Part shown: positions 30,582-39,770 of the stretch, piece by piece
How positions within the stretch are numbered: the first letter of the stretch is position 1
How the letters are laid out: each line of letters starts with the position of its first letter
Virus record (IMG/VR): IMGVR_UViG_3300004369_000002
Span: 40,840-104,839 of that record
DNA length: 64,000 bases
From: a virus
Reading direction: 5' to 3' (one strand)
Notes under the pieces: generated by a model
The model's database searches: none
What the model was told of the DNA's origin: nothing
Seen by the model: the letters and a program-made list of their open reading frames with translations, nothing else
Translations under genes and position numbers: made by a program

Positions 30582-31231
30582 TGTCTGGCTATATCGGTAC
30601 GGTGCCAGATCCGACCGACGTAGCCGCTCCAGGGGTTTGGTCTATCAATGATGTTGCTTCCGGGGAAGCGGAGTCGCTTTGGCCAACGAATGAATCGTAT
30701 GTTCACATTGCACGCACATTTGCCGGTGCTGGAGCCACCAGTTTGGTTCTAAATAATATCCCAGCAAATTTCACTGATTTGATGTTGTGTGGGACATTCA
30801 CCTTTCAGGCTGGTGCTTTTGGTGGTTCGCAGCCTGGAGATTTGTTTCTTCAGTTGAACTATACGACACCAGGTATCGCCTATAACTTTCTTCGTTTTTC
30901 GCAGGATCAGGCGGGTGTCATTTCTAATAGGGCATCCGGTTCACCCAACACAATTCAATTAAATAATCTCCCTCTTGCAATTGATTCACTTGTTGCAGTA
31001 ACCATCAATATCCACGATTATCGTTCTGGCACCCCAAGTATAAATATTTCTGGTGAAGTGAACGTTACAGATGTATCAAACTCAACTACAGAGGTAAATA
31101 TAATTAGCGCATGCGCCGAGGTCAGCGCATTGTCAAGCATCCAAATATATTCCGACTATTTGCTTTTCGCCAGCAACTACTCTATAACTAATACTGTTGA
31201 TTTGTATGGAACTAGACGGGTAACGCCATGA
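30581..31231 (+). CDS. Triplet-family beta protein T2a (N-terminal GYIG..GVW..WP peptide)
   Basis: NNIPANFTDL; ends TVDLYGTR. Confidence 0.65.
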   Translation: MSGYIGTVPDPTDVAAPGVWSINDVASGEAESLWPTNESYVHIARTFAGAGATSLVLNNIPANFTDLMLCGTFTFQAGAFGGSQPGDLFLQLNYTTPGIAYNFLRFSQDQAGVISNRASGSPNTIQLNNLPLAIDSLVAVTINIHDYRSGTPSINISGEVNVTDVSNSTTEVNIISACAEVSALSSIQIYSDYLLFASNYSITNTVDLYGTRRVTP

Positions 31232-31809
31232 CGTACGCGTACCAGCATATTCAAACATTTACTCTTGCTTCAGACACGGCGAGCGTTGCCATAGGAAACC
31301 TCGCAGACGCGATGGCCATACCTGAAGTCAAGTCTATAGAACTACGAATTGAAGGCATTTCTACAGCAACTTCCGGAGACTACGACTTCGTTTCTCATAC
31401 AATTGTAAGTTCAGGATCCGTTTGGGATTCAAGTTTTATCGCATGGGACGACTCCCTTTTCTTTATGCAGTCAAATGCGGCATACAATCAAACTGGTGGA
31501 ATCATAGGTCAGTTGCCAACCCAATTAACCAGCCCTCAGACGCCGGGTTCGATTGTCTGTTTGTACCCCCACGTATATCGGTACGACGATTCGTTCAACC
31601 CAGGTCAAATCGGCTACGGAATGCTTACCGGTTTATCCAAGTCAAATTACATGGAAACCAACCCGACTCGTCCGATTTTGGCTTACTCTAATATGAGTTA
31701 CACGACAACGGGCTACATGACATCGCTTTTCAATTCCTCGGCTAGATTCCAGTTACAAAACGGCTCTTTCAAAGCCGGAACAAAGTTCTCTTTTTACGGG
31801 TGGTGCTGA
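31228..31809 (+). CDS. Triplet-family beta protein T2b
   Basis: IQTFTLASDTASV; ends FKAGTKFSFYGWC. Confidence 0.65.
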   Translation: MTYAYQHIQTFTLASDTASVAIGNLADAMAIPEVKSIELRIEGISTATSGDYDFVSHTIVSSGSVWDSSFIAWDDSLFFMQSNAAYNQTGGIIGQLPTQLTSPQTPGSIVCLYPHVYRYDDSFNPGQIGYGMLTGLSKSNYMETNPTRPILAYSNMSYTTTGYMTSLFNSSARFQLQNGSFKAGTKFSFYGWC

Positions 31810-31810
31810 G

Positions 31811-32380
31811 ATGGGACAGCATGTTGAATTCATCGCCCAATTACGACCTGCTGGAACGACTGTGACCTCAATGGGGTGGGCTGATATTCCGCAGACCTAT
31901 GAAGATCTCGTGATTCACTACACCGCCAAATCCACGACAACGGTAACCCAACAAGGAGGGGCTCCCGCTCCGCAAGTTCGGGTTGATCTCATCAGTTCCC
32001 CTTTCCCTACCACGTTGCAGACTGAAGTTTTTCAACTAGATCAACCCGAGTACGACTACCTAAGTCAGGCTGTTCCTGATATCAACCTTTTAGCCACAGA
32101 CTCCAGATCCGCGCATTCGGTGGGCTGCGGGTGGATTAAAATATACAACTATTCTTTTGCTAACGGATCGCCCGTTTTTAAGGTGGAAGCATTTTCGGCA
32201 CTTCCAGAATTTGCGTCAAACACAAACGACAATAAGCCGAGTCTATACGTTCATGGGACAGGAAGCGCGGAGGGATTGCCGGTGACAGATATAAATTTTG
32301 TTATATCAACAGGCTATTTTTCTACTTCGGCATTCATGAACTCCACATTTCGTTTATACGGAATCATAAACCGATTTTAA
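31811..32380 (+). CDS. Triplet-family beta protein T2c
   Basis: DIPQTYEDLVI; ends NSTFRLYGI. Confidence 0.65.
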   Translation: MGQHVEFIAQLRPAGTTVTSMGWADIPQTYEDLVIHYTAKSTTTVTQQGGAPAPQVRVDLISSPFPTTLQTEVFQLDQPEYDYLSQAVPDINLLATDSRSAHSVGCGWIKIYNYSFANGSPVFKVEAFSALPEFASNTNDNKPSLYVHGTGSAEGLPVTDINFVISTGYFSTSAFMNSTFRLYGIINRF

Positions 32381-32393
32381 GTAAGGAGAAACA

Positions 32394-32696
32394 ATGGAAC
32401 AGTACCCCATGAAAACAATATTTGACATCAAGACGGGCCAAACGGAAACGGTTCCGTTTACCGCCGAAGAATATGCGGAACTTGAACAACGACGAGAAGC
32501 CGCTGATCTAAACATGAGCGGAATCCGATCTCGTCGAAACTCACTTTTGTCAGCATCCGACTGGACCCAACTGGCCGACTCCCCCTTGGACGATGACACC
32601 AAATCGGCATGGGCCACATACCGCCAGGAACTACGTGACCTGACAACAACATACTCGCGTGTTTCTGAAGTGGTCTGGCCAACTCCTCCGAGTTGA
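32394..32696 (+). CDS. Phage tail fibre assembly chaperone
   Basis: RSRRNSLLSASDWTQLADSP...WATYRQELRDL...WP. Confidence 0.85.
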   Translation: MEQYPMKTIFDIKTGQTETVPFTAEEYAELEQRREAADLNMSGIRSRRNSLLSASDWTQLADSPLDDDTKSAWATYRQELRDLTTTYSRVSEVVWPTPPS

Positions 32697-32704
32697 GGTG
32701 AATC

Positions 32705-33538
32705 ATGGGACAGGGTGGAGTAATAGGACAACCGAACCGACCTTCAACATCTGGGGATGTTGGGATTTGGCAAAACTGGAATCCGTCTTCCAATCTATTC
32801 ACTCAACAGTCATTTGACATAAGTTCAAGACATGCAAGTGGCGTGTGGGATCTTGCCTCTATGGCGCAATTCACCGGCAACAATCAGTGGCCGGTTCCCG
32901 TGGAATCCATGGTTCATCTATTCAACGCCAAGTCTAGTGTATTTTCTGGTATTTCGCTAAACCTCACAAATATTCCGCAAGACTACAATCATCTATATAT
33001 GTTAATTGACACCGTTGGTGATGCAGGAAGTTTTCACACAGACACCCAGTTTTGGTACCACCCATTAGCCCTTACTCTTTTCAACACGACTACTGCAACT
33101 GGAAGTTCTTTGACCGGTGGGCGTACGCGATTCTGGCTCCGATACTGGTCTAAAGAGGGAGGAAATTCTTACCAAGAGTTTTCGGACTTGAACACCACCC
33201 AAAACACTCATCCAATAGGAGTTATTGCACCAATCAATTGGGCGAACCAAATAGGATCACAGTTTGGTGGCTATAGCCTAACCTCACTAACTGAGTTATG
33301 GTTAATGAACTACTCAAAAACCGACTTTGACTCGGTGCGCAGTATTTTTAGCACATCTTTTGGAATCGGGTCTTATGCGGGCTGGCCCGAAAATGCTTAT
33401 CCCATATTTCATTCGACAACTTACGGAGACGCTGGATCATCATCAATACGATCCCTTGCTTTTCGGACATTTAATAATGGAGGAACAACCGGGAATGATC
33501 CAATAATGATAAGAGTTGCTGCGTTTGGGGTGAAATAA
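32705..33538 (+). CDS. Triplet-family beta protein T3a (N-terminal GGVIG..SGVW..WP peptide)
   Basis: NIPQDYNHL; SIRSLAF...AFGVK. Confidence 0.65.
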   Translation: MGQGGVIGQPNRPSTSGDVGIWQNWNPSSNLFTQQSFDISSRHASGVWDLASMAQFTGNNQWPVPVESMVHLFNAKSSVFSGISLNLTNIPQDYNHLYMLIDTVGDAGSFHTDTQFWYHPLALTLFNTTTATGSSLTGGRTRFWLRYWSKEGGNSYQEFSDLNTTQNTHPIGVIAPINWANQIGSQFGGYSLTSLTELWLMNYSKTDFDSVRSIFSTSFGIGSYAGWPENAYPIFHSTTYGDAGSSSIRSLAFRTFNNGGTTGNDPIMIRVAAFGVK

Positions 33539-34087
33539 ATGATCGGGTTTGAAAAAATTTCCTCTTGGCGTTCAACGTCTCAAATCATAAGCAGTTCTAT
33601 TACCATAAATAATCTGCCAAGTATTTATAAAAACTTTAGAATATTTTACTCATCCAACTACAACGGCGGAACTTCCAATAACCTTTTCATAATAAAGTTA
33701 GAAACTTCTGCCAATCCGATTTCTCGGCTCCGCAGTGGCGACATAGTCGGTTTTACCGGCGATTTTCAAAACTATAGTACGCAGAGTCTTCCAAATAGCG
33801 ACGACTACGTGACGATTGGTGAAGGCGGTAGCCGAGGTAAAATTGCCGCTCAAATTGATTTATCTTACGTAGGGGATAATGGGCCCTACACTGATCGCGT
33901 GCTTGTGTCTAGTCGATCTTTTTTTCACAATCTAAGCAACTTCTCAGTTTCCGGATTCAAGGCTAATGGCACGATAGAACTTGCATCGCCCTCTGATCGA
34001 ATAAGGAGCATAACAATTTCAGCGCCCGCTGACACTTTTGAAATAGATGTATACCAATACAGTTTTGAAATTTATGGAATGCGGTAG
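33539..34087 (+). CDS. Triplet-family beta protein T3b
   Basis: NNLPSIYKNFRI; RIRSITI...FEIYGMR; AT-rich with at least 10 ATA codons. Confidence 0.65.
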   Translation: MIGFEKISSWRSTSQIISSSITINNLPSIYKNFRIFYSSNYNGGTSNNLFIIKLETSANPISRLRSGDIVGFTGDFQNYSTQSLPNSDDYVTIGEGGSRGKIAAQIDLSYVGDNGPYTDRVLVSSRSFFHNLSNFSVSGFKANGTIELASPSDRIRSITISAPADTFEIDVYQYSFEIYGMR

Positions 34088-34089
34088 TT

Positions 34090-34617
34090 ATGGCATACAA
34101 ATTACTGGGCTCATCAGAACTAGCCTCCGATACATCTAATGTAACACTCTCCAATCTTTCATTTGACGGGCATACTATTGGCGTCAGGTATGACCTTACC
34201 GCGAGCCTGGCGGGTGCGAGCATTTTAACCGTAACCACCAATCAGGGTGTAAGTACAAGCAATTACAATTTTTATGGTTTTGGCGATGTGGAGGCAAATT
34301 CTTTTTATGATGACAACAACACGGTTTTGCAAACATTTTATTGCAGTTCTACAACCCTCCGAATGGTAGGCGATTTAACAATATACACATACGGACCAGA
34401 CGCCTCAGGCGGAAATTACACCAATGAAAGAAATGTAACAATACGCAATAAGTACAACTCCTTCGGTCCTGATAGTCTGCCAAACCCCAGCGATGAGTTC
34501 TACATTTATCGAAACCTCACATTCCAAACGCCGGACTCAGTCACAATATCAATACAAAAACAGCAAGGAACATTTGCGGCGGGCAGCAAATTCACCTTCT
34601 ACCAGATCACCAACTAA
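34090..34617 (+). CDS. Triplet-family beta protein T3c
   Basis: LASDTSNVTLSNL; ends FAAGSKFTFYQI. Confidence 0.65.
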   Translation: MAYKLLGSSELASDTSNVTLSNLSFDGHTIGVRYDLTASLAGASILTVTTNQGVSTSNYNFYGFGDVEANSFYDDNNTVLQTFYCSSTTLRMVGDLTIYTYGPDASGGNYTNERNVTIRNKYNSFGPDSLPNPSDEFYIYRNLTFQTPDSVTISIQKQQGTFAAGSKFTFYQITN

Positions 34618-34633
34618 AAGGTAAAATAGAACC

Positions 34634-35623
34634 ATGGCAGCAGTAGATTTCCCCGATACCCCCACGACAGGGCAGGTTTTCCAGGTTGGCACCCGACGCT
34701 GGGAATATGACGGCACCAAGTGGAAAGCCAAGCCGTTCGGCAATGAGCCATTCACCGCCAACACCGTCACAGCGACAACTGTCAACGCCACAACCCTAAA
34801 TGTTGACAGTACCGAGATTGACCTCACCGGCACAACAACCGGCGACACCCTCGTCTACGACGGAACCAAATACTCCCCAAGCGCCTTCAGCGCAAAAATC
34901 GATGCCTCCCTCTACAGCGCCAAAGGAAGCATACTCACCGCAGATGGCCTCCCCGCAATAACCGAATTGGCAGTCGGCGCAAACGGAACGGTACTCACAG
35001 CCGATAGCAGTACAGCCACCGGGCTGACCTGGGATGTCATCACCGATGACACAAAAATCGCCAAATCCACCCTACTCGCCAAGGGTTCCCTCATAACAGC
35101 CACCTCTTCGGGAACGCCCGTAAACTTTGGTGTCGGAACCGACGGAAACATTTTGCTTGCCGACTCCACCCAGGGTTCTGGTTTGCGTTGGGGAGCAATC
35201 TCCTCCTCTTCAATCGGCGACGACACCATAGATACAGCCAAAATAGTCGATCTTGCCGTAACAACAGGCAAACTGGCGGCCTACAGCGTAACGTCTGACA
35301 AAATGGGGCCCCTAACACTAAATTACGTTAGTTTGGCCTCTTACCTGCTAATTGGTGCAGACCGAAACAAAGTTATCATAATGAATAGCAGTGTATCCAA
35401 CCAAACTCTCACCATACCCGCAGACGCCTCAGTGTTCTTCGAAACCGGAACCCAAATAGCAGTAATCCGTGGAACAACCAACGAAGTAACCATCGCGGGT
35501 GACACCGGAGTAACCATCCGAAGCGACGGCAACAAAAAGCGAATCAGCCAAACTTGGACTTCAGTATCGTTGATCAAACTTGCGCCAGATGAGTGGTTTT
35601 TGGCAGGATCCGTCAAGACATGA
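34634..35623 (+). CDS. Fibre linker (DFP..P..GQ N-motif, two AKGS repeats, W.L.GS domain)
   Basis: AVTTGKLA repeats; FETGTQI...EWFLAGS. Confidence 0.65.
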   Translation: MAAVDFPDTPTTGQVFQVGTRRWEYDGTKWKAKPFGNEPFTANTVTATTVNATTLNVDSTEIDLTGTTTGDTLVYDGTKYSPSAFSAKIDASLYSAKGSILTADGLPAITELAVGANGTVLTADSSTATGLTWDVITDDTKIAKSTLLAKGSLITATSSGTPVNFGVGTDGNILLADSTQGSGLRWGAISSSSIGDDTIDTAKIVDLAVTTGKLAAYSVTSDKMGPLTLNYVSLASYLLIGADRNKVIIMNSSVSNQTLTIPADASVFFETGTQIAVIRGTTNEVTIAGDTGVTIRSDGNKKRISQTWTSVSLIKLAPDEWFLAGSVKT

Positions 35624-36390
35624 GACTTCTCAAATGGTTCGGAATTCTCTCTGGTGGCGGGCCCATCGAAGCCACCGGAGGCACAATAACCACCTCGGGG
35701 AACTATCGAATTCACTCATTCACCTCAACCTCCAACTTCGTCATCACGTCCGGAACGGGCATAGTTGAATATCTCATCGTTGGTGGTGGCGGAGGAGCAG
35801 GCAGCAACGGTGAACAGTCCGGAGGAGGCGGAGGCGGATCCGTCAGAACTGGCTCCTTTGAGATGTCATCCGGAACATATCTAGTCACAGTTGGAACATC
35901 GGTCGGAGCAAACAGCAACGGAAACGCCTCCGCACTTAACGGTATAACCGCCCCTGGTGGCGGACGAGGCTCATGGAGTTCTGGTCCACCCGGTAGTAGC
36001 GGAACTGGAGGCGGGGGATCTCCCTGGTATCCCGCTGGTGGTACTGGTAGCCCTGGCGGTAACGGCTATCAGTATGGCGACAACAGCGCAGGAGGTGGCG
36101 GCGGTGGTGCAGGAACCAGTGCCACCAGTCGAAACGGAGGTTCAGGGTTCCTCTCGGCTATCACCGGAACAAATACCTACTATGGCGGCGGCGGAGGCGG
36201 CGCTGGATGCTGCTATAACAAATGTTCTGGTGGAGGAAACTCTGGTGGAGCCGGAGGAGCCGGAGGCGGAGGTAACGGTTACCTAAACGGCGGCCCAACA
36301 AGCGGAACAAATGGCCTCGGAGGGGGTGGAGGCGCAGGCGGAGGCAACGGCGGATCTGGTATTGTCATCGTCAGATACCTAATCGAATAG
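35620..36390 (+). CDS. Glycine-rich fibre tip protein
   Basis: ATGG...HSFT...VEYLIVGGGGG...GGSGIVIVRY. Confidence 0.75.
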   Translation: MRLLKWFGILSGGGPIEATGGTITTSGNYRIHSFTSTSNFVITSGTGIVEYLIVGGGGGAGSNGEQSGGGGGGSVRTGSFEMSSGTYLVTVGTSVGANSNGNASALNGITAPGGGRGSWSSGPPGSSGTGGGGSPWYPAGGTGSPGGNGYQYGDNSAGGGGGGAGTSATSRNGGSGFLSAITGTNTYYGGGGGGAGCCYNKCSGGGNSGGAGGAGGGGNGYLNGGPTSGTNGLGGGGGAGGGNGGSGIVIVRYLIE

Positions 36391-36398
36391 GAAGCGCC

Positions 36399-37562
36399 AT
36401 GCCACTTTTCGCACAAATAGATAACACCCGAGTTGTTGCAACCCTGAGCACACCAGAGGATATTCCAACAGAAGATGCGCACACATTTCTTGGTGCCAAC
36501 TACGGGGAATCCTTTCTCTACGTTCCGATTGATGGCATAACGACAACCAACGGCACCACCATTGGCGACGACTGCACCTATAACGCAGCCAATGATGTTT
36601 TTATATCTGGACAACCATCAGGTGCCCATGCTCTTAACGAAAATTTTGAATGGGTGATCGCAAAGCCTATTGATGTTTCGCATCGTGGACTTCAGCATCT
36701 GCACCATCCGGTTTGGAATGAAGAGCACCAAAAATGGCACTTTGTCAACGTTACGACAGCCGCAAAGAAAGACTCAACAAATAGGCAAGGCATTTTTGTT
36801 TTGTGTAAAGCAACGCAACTTTTTGCCGGAGAAACTATTAAGACTATTTTTCCCTTAATGTCCTCTGATCCGCCAATTTGCTTCTTTGGGAATGGTCCTT
36901 ATAACAGTGATGGAACCGCCAAAGAGGACATGTGGGAAGTATGTGCTCCCGATTTTGAGCGTGGAACAACCCCGGAGATTTTCCAAGCAACGAATATTTT
37001 CCGTGACTATGGTGTTGACATCACAGACGCCGACGCTGACAACAATCATGGTTGGCATACGATCAATAAATTCCTTTACATTCTTGATGGTTCGCCATAC
37101 TTCTATGTTGTCCATTTGGAGTTATTGAATTTGCGTTCCGGACATCCCGAATATGACGGTGTCATGGAACACTCGGAGGCTTTTGAACAGGCGCTCAGGA
37201 GATTCCCTCCGGCGCGGATGGCCAACTCCATGGCCGAACTGATTCGACTAATAGCGGAATGGGACTGGGCGTATCACCATCTTGACAGTGTTGAACCAAT
37301 GGCGAAACTCTCGCACGACTTCTTTGCAACAGTCGATATGCCACAAGACGTTTACGATGCACTCATTGAGGGCGTAGACGAAAGCCCGCTTGCTCGCTGG
37401 CTTAACGGCGACACCGACGCATACGCCCTCCCAGATGAGCGCTCGCCTATTCCTTCGATTGTTCAAGAATGGATTGATGAAAAGGTTTGGGACTTGCGTC
37501 ATCGTATTGAACCCGCTCCTTTCAATGTGGCCACTTATAATGAGGAGCATTACCGGCTGTGA
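36399..37562 (+). CDS. Partner of glycine-rich protein with unknown C-terminal extension
   Basis: FAQID..V N-terminus and IG..YN...DVF motif. Confidence 0.55.
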   Translation: MPLFAQIDNTRVVATLSTPEDIPTEDAHTFLGANYGESFLYVPIDGITTTNGTTIGDDCTYNAANDVFISGQPSGAHALNENFEWVIAKPIDVSHRGLQHLHHPVWNEEHQKWHFVNVTTAAKKDSTNRQGIFVLCKATQLFAGETIKTIFPLMSSDPPICFFGNGPYNSDGTAKEDMWEVCAPDFERGTTPEIFQATNIFRDYGVDITDADADNNHGWHTINKFLYILDGSPYFYVVHLELLNLRSGHPEYDGVMEHSEAFEQALRRFPPARMANSMAELIRLIAEWDWAYHHLDSVEPMAKLSHDFFATVDMPQDVYDALIEGVDESPLARWLNGDTDAYALPDERSPIPSIVQEWIDEKVWDLRHRIEPAPFNVATYNEEHYRL

Positions 37563-37783
37563 GTAACGACGGCGAAAATATGGACATTGATCTCAAGGAA
37601 ATCATCAACGATATCCTTGAACAGAACAAGAATCTGACGCTGAATAACGCCATGCTTCGCACCGCCGTCAAGCAGTTGCAGGAGCAGAACCGCATTTTGG
37701 TTCAAGCGAACAAGCAAATCGAAAGGGAGACTGCGGTTCTTCTTGAAAAGAGTAGGCAGGCGAATGAGTCTGACTCTGAATGA
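37559..37783 (+). CDS. Short coiled-coil protein
   Basis: Heptad pattern, 74 aa. Confidence 0.6.
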   Translation: MSNDGENMDIDLKEIINDILEQNKNLTLNNAMLRTAVKQLQEQNRILVQANKQIERETAVLLEKSRQANESDSE

Positions 37784-38564
37784 CCTGACAGAACCAGCAC
37801 CCCCTGTTGGTCCACGAGACTGGAACGACGAAGGCGTCGTCATCATCAAAAACTTCTTTCCGGAAGACTTGATGGTTGCGTACGAGAACTGTTGGCGGGA
37901 AGCAAATAGCAAGAGACCCAACGGCTGGCCAGACCCAGTGCCCTACATGCGTCACCCGGAGTTGCGTGACATCCTTTGCTGGCAGCCACTCAACGACCTT
38001 CTGACCGACCTGATCGGTGAACCACCAGGACTTCATCTGAACCTGACCGGCTGGGTATCAACCGAACGCGACTGGCACCAAGACTCGTACCTTAACCCTC
38101 CGTGGGTGGGCGATTCGTATGCTGCCGTATGGATCGCCTTCGCCGACATTCACCCCGACTCCGGCCCTTTCCAATATGTTCCCGGATCACATCGATGGCC
38201 TCAGGTCACCCGACAAAAGATTCTTGACGTATTGGAACCCGATCAGCGCGATCACAGGTGGCCCAAATTTTCTGAACTCATTTTGACACCACTGTTTGAG
38301 CAAGAAATCATAAACCGAAACGCTGAAGTGGCGACGTATCTTCCGAAACGTGGGGACTTGCTTGTGTGGAACGGGCGCATTCTTCACCGTGGATCACGAG
38401 CAAAGGTGCGGGGGCTTGAGCGCCGTTCGTTAATTGCGCACTACTCCGGCATCCACCATCGACACGAAATGCCTGCACCCGAACAGCACCTTGGGCAAGG
38501 ATTTTACTTCCCAATCGAAACTGATCTGCAAATGTACTACGGACCCGAGGACGTTAACCACTGA
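37764..38564 (+). CDS. PhyH-family Fe(II)/2OG dioxygenase
   Basis: WHQD...VWIAF.D...SGP..YVPGSHRW...GDLLVW...LHRG. Confidence 0.85.
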   Translation: MSLTLNDLTEPAPPVGPRDWNDEGVVIIKNFFPEDLMVAYENCWREANSKRPNGWPDPVPYMRHPELRDILCWQPLNDLLTDLIGEPPGLHLNLTGWVSTERDWHQDSYLNPPWVGDSYAAVWIAFADIHPDSGPFQYVPGSHRWPQVTRQKILDVLEPDQRDHRWPKFSELILTPLFEQEIINRNAEVATYLPKRGDLLVWNGRILHRGSRAKVRGLERRSLIAHYSGIHHRHEMPAPEQHLGQGFYFPIETDLQMYYGPEDVNH

Positions 38565-39139
38565 TGATGCTTTTGAATGCAGGGTGTGGAACTCACTACG
38601 TAAAAGGTTGGGTGAACTGCGATGTGTGGGAGAGTGATACAACCAAACCCGACGTGAAAGTCACCGCCGGAGAACCGTACCCGTTCGACGATGATTACTT
38701 TGATGCGATCTACCTTGGGCACGTGTTGGAACATGTCGATTGGCGTGAAGTCCCATTGTTCCTTGATGACATGCACCGAATTGCCAAACCTGATGCTCCA
38801 ATGTTGATTGTTGGCCCAGACATCATCAAAACAATTCAACGCTGGTCGGACGGTGCCGAACCGTGGCACATGGTGATGTCCACGCTGGAACATCAGGATT
38901 TTAATTGGCAGCCCGGTCGACAAACCGAATTTTGGGATGGCGCAACACATCATTGGAATTGCCATCATGAACGGGTTTGGAACATTCTGAATGACATGGG
39001 CTTCAAGAATCTTGTCGACTACTTTGATCGGATTCCCAACTCCACTCAAATGACATCGTGGCACGATGAGACGACGGGGATCACCTGGCCTGTTGTCGCC
39101 AAATGGCATTGGCAGTTCGCCATCCACGCAACGTGCTGA
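38564..39139 (+). CDS. Class I SAM-dependent methyltransferase (type 11-like)
   Basis: LNAGCG...GWVNCD...PFDDDYFDAIY..HVLEH. Confidence 0.85.
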   Translation: MMLLNAGCGTHYVKGWVNCDVWESDTTKPDVKVTAGEPYPFDDDYFDAIYLGHVLEHVDWREVPLFLDDMHRIAKPDAPMLIVGPDIIKTIQRWSDGAEPWHMVMSTLEHQDFNWQPGRQTEFWDGATHHWNCHHERVWNILNDMGFKNLVDYFDRIPNSTQMTSWHDETTGITWPVVAKWHWQFAIHATC

Positions 39140-39251
39140 TGCCTCTGGCATAGATGTCCGGACACCTGATGTACCGTCTCTGACCAGGTGTGGTTACACG
39201 GGTGTACTGTCCTTCTGGCAAGCCACCCGTCGGCTTGGGAACAGGAGTGTT

Positions 39252-39770
39252 ATGGAAATTCAATCTGGTTACGACGACAACTTTTTTCGGAAAGAAGCCG
39301 AAATAGGCCAAACGTTTTCTGAAATAGTTGCCAAATATCTCAACTACAATGGGGTCAAGTGCCGAGCAACGGAACTTGAATTCGCCAAAGACGTTGCCGA
39401 CAGAGAACGCTTCAAAACCCACGAACAAGACATCATCTTCGACCTCATGCCAGGATGCCTGGAAGTCAAAAGTCGACGCCTTCAATTTTTCCCCGACCCA
39501 GAATCGTATCCCTACGGCACTGCATTCGTCGACACGGTGTCCGGATGGGACGCAAAAGCCGTTGTCCCTCTCGGTGTCGTCCTCATCTCGCAGATGACGT
39601 CGTGCATGCTGGTAGTTCCACCGTCCAGCCAAAACCTTTGGACCGAGTACAGTTCTTACGACAGATTCAGGCGGATCCACGAAACCTGGTATCAGTGCCC
39701 CAAATCGGCATTAAAGCACATCGATCTTCTCGTGGATTTCCTGGTAAAACGCCAGGCCCTGTACTCGTAG
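39252..39770 (+). CDS. PD-(D/E)XK nuclease-like protein
   Basis: E...DI...LEVKSR; SD AGGAG. Confidence 0.55.
   Translation: MEIQSGYDDNFFRKEAEIGQTFSEIVAKYLNYNGVKCRATELEFAKDVADRERFKTHEQDIIFDLMPGCLEVKSRRLQFFPDPESYPYGTAFVDTVSGWDAKAVVPLGVVLISQMTSCMLVVPPSSQNLWTEYSSYDRFRRIHETWYQCPKSALKHIDLLVDFLVKRQALYS

Noticed and set aside
6643-35623. Shufflon/invertase-type fibre switching
   Set aside because: All fibre genes are co-oriented with their own starts; no recombinase and no identical inverted crossover sites were seen
39160-39200. Hammerhead ribozyme (CTGATG core)
   Set aside because: Sequence reads CTGATGT rather than CTGATGA, and there is no correctly placed GAAA
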